IMG/VR virus record: IMGVR_UViG_3300032047_000023
Span: 1-51,579 of that record
DNA from: a virus
Taxonomy: Duplodnaviria; Caudoviricetes
Length of the DNA stretch: 51,579 nucleotides
Reading direction: 5' to 3' (one strand)
Of the stretch, positions 17,990 through 25,786 are shown piece after piece. The position numbers and the translations under genes are program-made. Position 1 is the stretch's first letter. Each line of letters begins with the position of its first letter. A model generated the notes under the pieces. The model ran no database searches. It was not told where the DNA came from and worked only from the letters and a program-made list of their open reading frames with translations.

Positions 17990-18325
17990 GTAAATAATAC
18001 ACATAGGCCCAAAATAGTTGTATGTAAACCAAGGTGGTTAACACCTAAACCAAAAATACCCCTCTCTGTCATTGTGCATATATAACACCGTATACACCCC
18101 CCATGCCCCATCTACCCCCTGTAACTACTATCCGAGGTACATATTCACGTATTCATATATCAAGATATGTCTATATGTTTTATACTTCATATTCACATAT
18201 TGCAATACGTTATTGTATACTTATGCATACAAGTTTGGTTTTCAGTATCCGATTGTATACCATTGTATTTTATATACACTTTAATAAACATTATAATACA
18301 TTCAAATAACAGAATACTTGAATAA

Positions 18326-18363
18326 GAACAAACAGTAGAACAAACAGTAAACAAACAGAGAAC
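18326..18363. repeat. AACAAACAG x3, degenerate alphaproteobacterial LexA-box-like array
   Basis: GAAC-N8-GAAC-N7-AAAC-N7-GAAC. Confidence 0.5.
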
Positions 18364-18629
18364 CACCCCTTAGAAGCTCAAATAAGGCCACCCACAGCCT
18401 CTAGCATCTCTCTGGTAGTTTACTATATAAAATCTCTTAGGCTCGATCCTGAGAGTTTGTTCTATATATGTCACACAATTAAATTAAATTAGAATAATTT
18501 TAAGAAAAGACTTTACATTCTATTAAAAGTATATCACGCGCGCACGCGTTCCTTCTTATTAAAAGGAATAACATATTCAAATATTCATATATGTTAATCT
18601 CAACCAGTCTGGAATATTTTAGAAAAAGA

Positions 18630-18655
18630 GAACGAATCAGGAACAAATCTAAAAC
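18630..18655. promoter_or_regulatory. Alphaproteobacterial LexA (SOS) box plus a third half-site
   Basis: GAAC-GAATCAG-GAAC (exact GAAC-N7-GAAC), followed by N7-AAAC. Confidence 0.6.
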
Positions 18656-18663
18656 GAATCACT

Positions 18664-19012
18664 TAACCCATTGATTTTAAACGATTTTTTCTAATATCTA
18701 CTATGTCAAGTTTGCAGCTCGTATGCTAAGCCATTGTTTTTAAACGATTATTTATTATGTAAGATGTAACCCATTGATTTTAAACGATTTTCTTGAAACT
18801 CAAACAAAACAGGCCTTTAAATTACTATAATAATATCAAAATGATACAAAATATTGCCTATTTTAAAGATTTTTATAAAAAAAGAATTCAATGATTTCAA
18901 TGACTTACAAGAAATATAAAATTAATTTGAAATATTTTACAATTATTTTATTCAATGTTTTCAATGACTTAGAAGGAGAAACTGGATTTTATTCAATGTT
19001 TTCAAGGGGTTA
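18664..19012. repeat. Six IHF-consensus-like sites, three in each orientation
   Basis: TAACCCATTGATT at 18664 and 18767 (revcomp = exact WATCAANNNNTTR); TAAGCCATTGTTT at 18727; TTTCAATGACTTA at 18895 and 18959; TTTCAAGGGGTTA at 19000. Confidence 0.65.
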
Positions 19013-19349
19013 GCAGGGGGTTGCATATCTTATTCAACTAGTATCTAAAGAGGATATAGAAATTAAGGAGTTAAGAAAAACAGACACTAAAGCGCGGTTG
19101 GAGGCCGCTATGATCAAAATCAATCTCTCTGACTAGTACCACTTGTAAAGTGCTGACACCCTGATAGGACGGGTGAGCGATCAGGTGTGTGGTTTCGGCA
19201 GTGTGCAAAAAGTAATCTTAGTTTATAGATCATGTATCTATTAGCGTTGTTCTGAATTAACAGGTGAAAATGGAAAATTGCACAAACATTTTATATATGA
19301 GTATATCATGCTGATATGCTTTTATTAGAAATGTTCATAGGAGAAAATT

Positions 19350-19829
19350 ATGACAAAAGTAAACGATATTAAATCATTAGAAAACAAATTTATTACAAAC
19401 ATGGGTTCAGGCATTGCGGCTAGTTCTAACTTATTTGAACTAATTAAATCTACAGTAAGTAGTGAAGACGCAAGGCCGTTAGCGAGTGCTGTTGCTAGAC
19501 TATTAAATAAAGGGGATAAGCAAGGGGCAACTGCTGTTAAGGCGATTATAGGTGCTGTTTTTGTTGGTGCTAAAATTAAGAAAGCAAAGGACAAAAAGAC
19601 ATTAGTTATTGATATATCAAATGTAGAGGTTGATAGCTTTGCATATTCAAGGTTCGCGGCGGCTGTTGAAAAGAAATTGTCTCTTAGATCAACACTAGTG
19701 AAAGAGGTTCTAAATAAAAAGAACCCTGAAGAGGTTAAATTACCTAAAAGTGCAGAAGCATTTGTTAAGCGTATGAATAAAGCAGGTTTCACAAAAGCGG
19801 CTGTTATCGCCGCAATACAAGGCTTATAA
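19350..19829 (+). CDS. First early protein, basic, function unknown
   Basis: AGGAGA RBS; 159-aa Lys/Ala-rich ORF. Confidence 0.8.
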   Translation: MTKVNDIKSLENKFITNMGSGIAASSNLFELIKSTVSSEDARPLASAVARLLNKGDKQGATAVKAIIGAVFVGAKIKKAKDKKTLVIDISNVEVDSFAYSRFAAAVEKKLSLRSTLVKEVLNKKNPEEVKLPKSAEAFVKRMNKAGFTKAAVIAAIQGL

Positions 19830-19840
19830 GTTAGGAAAGT

Positions 19841-19874
19841 TATGCCAATCAGTTTCTCCCTACTGGTTGGCATA
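19841..19874 (+). other. 13-bp intergenic hairpin (processing site or terminator)
   Basis: TATGCCAATCAGT-8nt-ACTGGTTGGCATA. Confidence 0.55.
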
Positions 19875-19907
19875 CACGTTTTAACTTAAACAGTAGAGGA
19901 AAATACT

Positions 19908-20054
19908 ATGACAAGTATAATTTTAAATGGATCGAAATCGGGTGAATTATCAACAGAAATGGCGTGGCATTTTGCAAAGCAAGTTGTGTCTGGTGGGTCA
20001 ACTATAACAATGTGGACTGACAAAGTTTTATGTGTAACAAGCAAGGGGAAGTAA
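19908..20054 (+). CDS. 48-aa early hypothetical protein (not in ORF track)
   Basis: GAGGA RBS; MTSIILNGSKSGELSTEMAWHFAK... Confidence 0.6.
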   Translation: MTSIILNGSKSGELSTEMAWHFAKQVVSGGSTITMWTDKVLCVTSKGK

Positions 20055-20055
20055 A

Positions 20056-20196
20056 ATGACTGCTCACGAGTTTTTTGAATTGTGTACCAATTATTTAATC
20101 GAGCCAGATATTGCTCTGGAAAATGCTAATCTAAAAGAGGCCGTGGAATTAGGTCAATACCATAAAATTGAAACAATCTTGAAAGAGGAATTTTAA
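20056..20196 (+). CDS. 46-aa early hypothetical protein (not in ORF track)
   Basis: GGGG RBS; MTAHEFFELCTNYLIEPDIALEN...EEF; fills the gap. Confidence 0.6.
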   Translation: MTAHEFFELCTNYLIEPDIALENANLKEAVELGQYHKIETILKEEF

Positions 20197-20197
20197 A

Positions 20198-20470
20198 ATG
20201 AAGTTATCACAAGTGGGAACTCAATCCGAATTAAATAATTGGTTTATGACAGTGTTGAAACATGGCACTGCTGAACAGCGTCAATATTCAAGAGCCGTGT
20301 GGTTCGATCTGACTGAAAAGTGGGAAAATGCTTTTGCCTTTGATGGTCATGTCAATGGTATCGTTGGTGTAGGTAAAATCTCTTTTGCTGATAATGTTTT
20401 GGCTGATGAAGTATTTTATCTATTAACTAAAAGTAATATTGATCGTAAAATGATCATGCAAATTAAATAG
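20198..20470 (+). CDS. Early hypothetical protein
   Basis: GAGGA RBS; tight packing. Confidence 0.7.
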   Translation: MKLSQVGTQSELNNWFMTVLKHGTAEQRQYSRAVWFDLTEKWENAFAFDGHVNGIVGVGKISFADNVLADEVFYLLTKSNIDRKMIMQIK

Positions 20471-20479
20471 GAGAATAAA

Positions 20480-20875
20480 ATGAAACATTTAGAAAAAGTA
20501 ATATTCGCAATAGATAACCCACACGATCTGCATCAGGTAGCGTGTTTCACTAGGTTCTTAGATACCCAACGTGCTTTGAATAGGTTATCAGGTGAAGTTG
20601 TTCAATGTATAGGCCATTGGGAAGGTATTCTTGAACCTTCATATATGATGAATGCAGTTGATTACCACGAGTTTGTCGAAAAGTCAGGCTACCTTACAAA
20701 TCAAATTTGTGTTCTTCATGTTCCTGCTGATACACGGCAACCATGTCACACGGCAACACCTTACGGTATGACTGAAAATGTGGGTCGTATGGTTAAAGTT
20801 GACAAGTCTGAATTAAACCTTGTTGACCCTTGGACTTATGTAATTGAAACAGAGGAGTATTTTCAATGTCTTTAA
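20480..20875 (+). CDS. Early hypothetical protein
   Basis: AGGAGA RBS; GHWEG..EPSY motif. Confidence 0.7.
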   Translation: MKHLEKVIFAIDNPHDLHQVACFTRFLDTQRALNRLSGEVVQCIGHWEGILEPSYMMNAVDYHEFVEKSGYLTNQICVLHVPADTRQPCHTATPYGMTENVGRMVKVDKSELNLVDPWTYVIETEEYFQCL

Positions 20876-21060
20876 AAGATAAATCACAAGATTATCAAGA
20901 CGGCTATCAACACGCTTTAGATGAGGCCGAATATATGTTATCGATTGACGTGGTGCATAGCATCGCGTCATTCAGAAATGACCCACCTGATAGTGATTAT
21001 CAACGTGGGTTTTTACACGCAATGGAATACCAGTATTGGAAAATGTCAGAGGAGTTATAG
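20866..21060 (+). CDS. Early hypothetical protein
   Basis: GAGGAG RBS; two YQxG[YF] motifs (DYQDGY, DYQRGF). Confidence 0.65.
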   Translation: MSLKDKSQDYQDGYQHALDEAEYMLSIDVVHSIASFRNDPPDSDYQRGFLHAMEYQYWKMSEEL

Positions 21061-21061
21061 T

Positions 21062-21139
21062 ATGATAACATTCATATCAATTATTATGATTATATTTTCA
21101 ATTCTTGTAATCTATATAAAATCAGGAGATAAATATTAA
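21062..21139 (+). CDS. 25-aa single-TM peptide
   Basis: GAGGAG RBS; MITFISIIMIIFSILVIYIKSGDKY. Confidence 0.5.
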   Translation: MITFISIIMIIFSILVIYIKSGDKY

Positions 21140-21140
21140 A

Positions 21141-21266
21141 ATGGAAACTACTATGAAAGCGTGGCAAGCTAATTCAATTTTGGATACGCTAGAAGATTAT
21201 CTTGAAGTACCTACTATATCAGAGGACTTAAACGAGATTGATGAAATATTAGAAGAGGAGTTTTAA
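21141..21266 (+). CDS. 41-aa acidic early peptide
   Basis: AGGAG RBS; METTMKAWQANSILDTLEDYLE...EEEF. Confidence 0.55.
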   Translation: METTMKAWQANSILDTLEDYLEVPTISEDLNEIDEILEEEF

Positions 21267-21470
21267 ATGGTCGATAAAAGCTTTAAAATTGACAGTGCAA
21301 AAGTTAAATATGAGTTGATAATATCTGAAGTTTCAGGAGGGTATTCCTCTGTTATAGATGTACACTTCACTGACTATCTTGTCGAAGCTATGGATATTAA
21401 AGATAGGTGGACTAGCCGTGGTGCATTTGTTGAGGTAAATAAGATAACAACTGAAAGGTTAAACCTATGA
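21267..21470 (+). CDS. Early hypothetical protein
   Basis: GAGGAG RBS; coupled to neighbours. Confidence 0.6.
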   Translation: MVDKSFKIDSAKVKYELIISEVSGGYSSVIDVHFTDYLVEAMDIKDRWTSRGAFVEVNKITTERLNL

Positions 21471-21673
21471 TAGCTAGTAGAGAAAATCTAAGTCATTTGA
21501 TAGGTAGGGTAAACCTAGAGACCGGTAGTCATCTTAGAATTCAATACAACTTAGGTGGTGTTCGTATCTATGAAGGTGATGACGAGCCGCCTAGTTACTT
21601 AACTGAAACAATACCTATTGATAATGCTATTGCATATCTTGAAGGTTGCCTGTATAATCACTATTTAAACTAA
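21467..21673 (+). CDS. Early hypothetical protein
   Basis: ATGA overlap with the upstream gene. Confidence 0.6.
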   Translation: MIASRENLSHLIGRVNLETGSHLRIQYNLGGVRIYEGDDEPPSYLTETIPIDNAIAYLEGCLYNHYLN

Positions 21674-21683
21674 GGAGTGTAAT

Positions 21684-21977
21684 ATGAATAATTTAATTAA
21701 AATAACTGCGGTACTATTAACAGCACTAGGATCGGCTAGTTACTCTGCTCAAGTTATGGTAGGGTCTGCATTAGATGGTGAAGTAATAAACAAAACAGAT
21801 TTACTTCCAATGCCCAATATATCTTGTGACTTAGCTGTTGATATAATTGAACATAACTTAAAAGCTACACCTGTAGGTTGGTTACGTTTTAAATTCCATT
21901 CAAGAGATGGAAAGTTTATGAGATACAATGCTAAAAAGAATGGTATAGATTATATGGTCATATGCCTTGAAGAATAA
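21684..21977 (+). CDS. Exported early protein
   Basis: AAGGAG RBS; signal-peptide-like MNNLIKITAVLLTALGSASYSA; two Cys. Confidence 0.6.
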   Translation: MNNLIKITAVLLTALGSASYSAQVMVGSALDGEVINKTDLLPMPNISCDLAVDIIEHNLKATPVGWLRFKFHSRDGKFMRYNAKKNGIDYMVICLEE

Positions 21978-22021
21978 CTAAGTATAACTGTATTAATTAT
22001 AACATAGGAAAGGATTATATT

Positions 22022-23566
22022 ATGAAACAGTTTATGGAAATAGTAAATAATGAGTATCACGAGATATTTAGTAAAGAAACAGTCATAGATAGTATACAAG
22101 CTTGTTTTAATTACGATGTGTATTATTATGCTTGCCCTAACTATGGTATCAATAGTTGGAGGCGTTATCACGATATGGACTATGCACCAGATGTAAGGCC
22201 TATCTTTGACGAAGATCAACTTGTGTATAGAGGTCACGTAAATAAGTATACTAAGTATGGTGTGCTTGAAGCTTTTCAAGACTCTAAATACGGTTCTCTT
22301 GATGACATTGCTGACGCATTGGTAAACAACGAGAGTGTAAAGTTTGATCAAACGTCTGCATTGGCAGAGTTCTTGAAGTCTACTATTGATCGAGAGTATA
22401 ACAACCTAAACAATTCTTTACTAACATGGGCAGATGTTACTAAGGTTTTAGCTATCTTTAACCCTACTGAGTGTCCCAAGACTAAGGGTCATATAGCTAT
22501 GTTCCTTACTCACAAGGACAAGGCTCGTGAGCGTGTAACTAGTATGAAAGGTGGCAAGGCTATTCGCCGTATGTTTGCTCACCTATCTAACCAACACGTT
22601 GCTAGTATAACTGAGGACTACATTGAGCATACTACGCCTCGTGACTTTGAGTTAGTATTTTCAGAGGATGCGCATGATTTCGTGAGAGCATACGAAGGCG
22701 ATACAGTACAATACCGCAACCCAAGGTTAGAGTGTGAGCGTAAGAACTTAGCTACATCTTGTATGCAAGGTGTCGGTAGGCACGATGACTATGATTGTGA
22801 AGGTACTTACTACAGTGTAGCCGAAGCATACGCCTCTGGTGATTTCGGTATTCTTTATGTTAAAGATAAGACTAACCGTATTGCAGGGCGTACTGTTGTA
22901 GGTATACATCGCATGGGTACAGACGTTACTTATGTTCATCAGTCTATGTATGGAGCTTGTGAACAGTCTATGGATATGATGAAAGAACACCTAGATTTTA
23001 TGGGTTCTACATTCCATAACGATACTCACCTTGGGTGGTATGGTCTTAAGCTTAAAGTATTAGGTGATAGATATGACCCAATCGTACCTTATGTCGATGG
23101 TGAATACAGATGTGATTTTTATCACAATGACAATAACTTCTTTGTCTTAAATGATGATGGTGAGTATTCACTAACAGAGACTGATGGTACTATATCCACT
23201 GGTCAGTTATGTGGATGTTGTCAAGAGATGGAGCAAGAGTTGCACAGTACACCAGATGGTGACTCATACTGTAACTATTGCTTTGATGAGCATTACACAA
23301 CTTGTGCTATCAATGATGAGATTGTTCACAATGAGGATACAGTATATGCTTACATGGACTGTGGTAAAGATGCTAATGGTGAAAGCATTATCAGACAACA
23401 CGATATGCACATGGATGAAACAGTCTTTGTGGAGTTTGTCGAAGAGTTCTGGTACATTGGTGACTGTAGCTTACATGAGGAGAGTGATGAGTATATACCT
23501 AATCACTTATTTAACGCATACTTAGATATGTATAAACATGACAACCCAGAAGAGGTGACAGCATGA
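22022..23566 (+). CDS. Large early protein with TSCM motif and C-terminal Zn-ribbon repeats
   Basis: LATSCMQG, IAGRTVV, PYVD, CGCC..YCNYCFDEHYTTC. Confidence 0.7.
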   Translation: MKQFMEIVNNEYHEIFSKETVIDSIQACFNYDVYYYACPNYGINSWRRYHDMDYAPDVRPIFDEDQLVYRGHVNKYTKYGVLEAFQDSKYGSLDDIADALVNNESVKFDQTSALAEFLKSTIDREYNNLNNSLLTWADVTKVLAIFNPTECPKTKGHIAMFLTHKDKARERVTSMKGGKAIRRMFAHLSNQHVASITEDYIEHTTPRDFELVFSEDAHDFVRAYEGDTVQYRNPRLECERKNLATSCMQGVGRHDDYDCEGTYYSVAEAYASGDFGILYVKDKTNRIAGRTVVGIHRMGTDVTYVHQSMYGACEQSMDMMKEHLDFMGSTFHNDTHLGWYGLKLKVLGDRYDPIVPYVDGEYRCDFYHNDNNFFVLNDDGEYSLTETDGTISTGQLCGCCQEMEQELHSTPDGDSYCNYCFDEHYTTCAINDEIVHNEDTVYAYMDCGKDANGESIIRQHDMHMDETVFVEFVEEFWYIGDCSLHEESDEYIPNHLFNAYLDMYKHDNPEEVTA

Positions 23567-24564
23567 CTACTATGAACAAGTTTGACTTAATACAACAACT
23601 CGTTGCTATGATGTCATACAAAAGACCTGCTTACAGTGCATCAGAAAAAGCTTTTGCTGATAGGTTCTTGCTTCCTGTATTTGGTAATCCTGATAGATTT
23701 GGAAACTTTATACATACTATAGGTGATAATCCTCGTGTACTTTTTGCAGCTCATTATGATACAGTTCACAAGACTGAGGGTATGCAGAGTGTAACCATGG
23801 ATCATAACACTGGTATCATGTCAAAGACTAAGATAGATAATGAGTGCCTAGGTGCTGATTGTACTACTGGTGTTTGGTTACAGTTAAACATGATCAAAGC
23901 AGGTGTCGAAGGTGTCTATGTTTGTCACGCGGCTGAAGAGATTGGTGGCCTTGGTTCAAGAGGTATCGTTGACTCTTGGGTTGACTATCAAAACAGAGAC
24001 AGTGAGATAAACACCTACCCTTGGTTGGACTATATTGATGCTGTTATATCTTTTGATAGATTAGGCACTACTAGTGTGGTAACTCATCAAACAGGTGAAC
24101 GTACAAGTAGTGATATATTTGCTTACTCACTTATTGATATACTAGGTCATCAATGGAACTACGAACTTGACAAGTATGGGGTCTATACAGACTCTATGGA
24201 ATATGCAGAGATTGTGTCAGAGTGTACTAACATTAGTGTTGGATATTACAATCAACATACAAACAAAGAGATACAAGACGTATTCTTTGCAATAGACTTG
24301 CTTGAGAAGCTCATACAAGCCGACTGGGGGCGGTTAGAGATAGAACGTGAACCTACCCCCTTAAATATATGGAACAGCCATGAGGAGCAGGATATGGATG
24401 TCAAGGAAATGATGGAGATAGAAGCTATTGAGAGATTAGTAGCTGACCACCCTAAACGTCTAGCAGAGATGCTATACGACTTAAACTTAGATGTTGAGAT
24501 ACTTGTCGAGCATCTACAACTAGACCACTTTATTATAGATCAATATAGAAGGAACTACCACTAA
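23563..24564 (+). CDS. Zn-dependent M28/M20-family peptidase-like protein
   Basis: AHYDTVH, LGADCTTG, EEIGGLGS, FDR, YTDS and NISVGYYNQHT metal-binding motifs. Confidence 0.85.
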   Translation: MTTMNKFDLIQQLVAMMSYKRPAYSASEKAFADRFLLPVFGNPDRFGNFIHTIGDNPRVLFAAHYDTVHKTEGMQSVTMDHNTGIMSKTKIDNECLGADCTTGVWLQLNMIKAGVEGVYVCHAAEEIGGLGSRGIVDSWVDYQNRDSEINTYPWLDYIDAVISFDRLGTTSVVTHQTGERTSSDIFAYSLIDILGHQWNYELDKYGVYTDSMEYAEIVSECTNISVGYYNQHTNKEIQDVFFAIDLLEKLIQADWGRLEIEREPTPLNIWNSHEEQDMDVKEMMEIEAIERLVADHPKRLAEMLYDLNLDVEILVEHLQLDHFIIDQYRRNYH

Positions 24565-24764
24565 TGTCATTTACTTATATCGTAGAAATAAAACAAAACA
24601 AATCACTAGTAGAGTCAACAACTACTAGTTCACTATCTAAAGCAATTACATACGCTGAGAAGAACACTCTAGTAGGTGACTTAGTTGTCGTATCTGAGGG
24701 TTACGAAGGCTTAGATGGAGTCGTTGAGGGAGTTGATCACGTAACTTCTTGGTATGTTGATTAA
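24564..24764 (+). CDS. Hypothetical protein
   Basis: TAATG coupling. Confidence 0.6.
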   Translation: MSFTYIVEIKQNKSLVESTTTSSLSKAITYAEKNTLVGDLVVVSEGYEGLDGVVEGVDHVTSWYVD

Positions 24765-24772
24765 AATAGTGC

Positions 24773-24801
24773 TTGACAAGTTATTCAAGTATCGTTACAA
24801 T
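24773..24801 (+). promoter_or_regulatory. Sigma70-type promoter
   Basis: TTGACA-17nt-TACAAT. Confidence 0.75.
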
Positions 24802-24816
24802 ACAACTTGTTGTTAT

Positions 24817-24896
24817 ATACTTAAAGTATTAACTTATATTATCTTACTAAAGATATAGGAGATAAGTATTACTTAAAGTATATACTTAAAGTATAT
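24817..24896. repeat. Palindrome ATACTT-A-AAGTAT, cluster 2
   Basis: Copies at 24817-24829, 24869-24881 and 24880-24896 (ATATACTT-A-AAGTATAT). Confidence 0.75.
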
Positions 24897-24913
24897 CTAA
24901 AGGAGTAAGTAAT

Positions 24914-25240
24914 ATGAAGTTATATACTAATAAACGTGGAGACTGGGCAGGTACTCAAGCTACTGCAAGAAAACTTGAAGGTAGTTATATTGGGGTTGAC
25001 GTTCCAGTCTCTAAAGCTGACTTACTGGTATTCCTAAACGATAACAAAGTAAGTTCAACAACAACAGCAGAAGACAAACCACCACCATCACTTAAAGATA
25101 AACCAGAGCTTTTGTCACAGGATGCAGCAAGTTGGGTAAGTTGGGCATATGAGAGGTTAAGGAGAGGTAAAAAAGGAGATGCCGAAGCAATGCTTTTAAA
25201 GGGTCTACAAATACAACGTGATTTAACAAAGGATAATTAA
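24914..25240 (+). CDS. Hypothetical protein
   Basis: AAGGAG RBS; MKLY..GDWAGTQA N-terminus. Confidence 0.7.
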   Translation: MKLYTNKRGDWAGTQATARKLEGSYIGVDVPVSKADLLVFLNDNKVSSTTTAEDKPPPSLKDKPELLSQDAASWVSWAYERLRRGKKGDAEAMLLKGLQIQRDLTKDN

Positions 25241-25245
25241 AAAAA

Positions 25246-25458
25246 ATGAAAGAGACTAAGCAATTTACCTGCACCAACTGCTACTCTACTGATCTACAGT
25301 GGAGAGCATTCGTCTCTTGGGATTACATCGCTCAAGAAATGATTATAGACGAAGTAGGAGAAGATATAGCAAACGAAGCTTATTGCTTTGAATGTGGTCA
25401 AGATGTAGAGATAGAAGAAACAACAACAATTCATAGGATAGTAGAAAGAGATTTATAA
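25246..25458 (+). CDS. Zn-ribbon protein
   Basis: CTNC...CFEC. Confidence 0.7.
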   Translation: MKETKQFTCTNCYSTDLQWRAFVSWDYIAQEMIIDEVGEDIANEAYCFECGQDVEIEETTTIHRIVERDL

Positions 25459-25625
25459 TGGTTATAGACCCAATCCTAGTAGGACTAGGAATACTAGTAG
25501 GCATTGTTGTGTATCAACAGTGGGTTATTAGAAACATACAGATTGATCTTGATGATGTAATAGATGGACACAATCATTTAGTTAAAACTATTATAGTAGC
25601 ATCAAAAAATGATCCTAACCTATAA
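25458..25625 (+). CDS. 55-aa N-terminal-TM protein (not in ORF track)
   Basis: TAATG coupling; MVIDPILVGLGILVGIVVYQQW... Confidence 0.55.
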   Translation: MVIDPILVGLGILVGIVVYQQWVIRNIQIDLDDVIDGHNHLVKTIIVASKNDPNL

Positions 25626-25639
25626 ACAAAAAATAAAAG

Positions 25640-25677
25640 AAGGGGGGCTTTACAGAGTTCCCCTTTTACTTTATAAT
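25640..25677 (+). promoter_or_regulatory. Terminator-like hairpin with an embedded sigma70 promoter
   Basis: AAGGGGGGCT/AGTTCCCCTT stem plus T-run; TTTACA(25649)-17nt-TATAAT(25672). Confidence 0.65.
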
Positions 25678-25698
25678 AGTACACATACTGTTATTATG

Positions 25699-25780
25699 AG
25701 TACTTAGTACATGACGATGTATACTCTTTGAAGCACCAGACGGAGATTGCAACCTGAGGGGTGGAGAGGTTCTAAGTACT
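25699..25780 (+). ncRNA. Putative structured RNA of unknown class upstream of the tRNA
   Basis: Perfect 9-bp closing stem AGTACTTAG/CTAAGTACT enclosing TACAT-GACG-ATGTA and CACC..GGTG stems. Confidence 0.45.
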
Positions 25781-25786
25781 TTTAAT

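Noticed and set aside
18072-18309. Two overlapping Tyr/Ile-rich ORFs in the control region
   Set aside because: Low-complexity AT/TA-rich DNA, no RBS, composition typical of non-coding sequence
18664-19012. Possible CRISPR or mini-array
   Set aside because: Repeats are short, degenerate and in both orientations with irregular spacing; the Cas4-like gene is a typical phage replication exonuclease
19325-19873. 182-aa - strand ORF
   Set aside because: Shadow of the + strand gene 19350-19829, which has a strong RBS and fits arm polarity
20170-21266. Shared C-terminus ILKEEF / ILEEEF in two early peptides
   Set aside because: Largely explained by the overlapping GAGGA Shine-Dalgarno of the next gene (GAG GAR TTT TAA)
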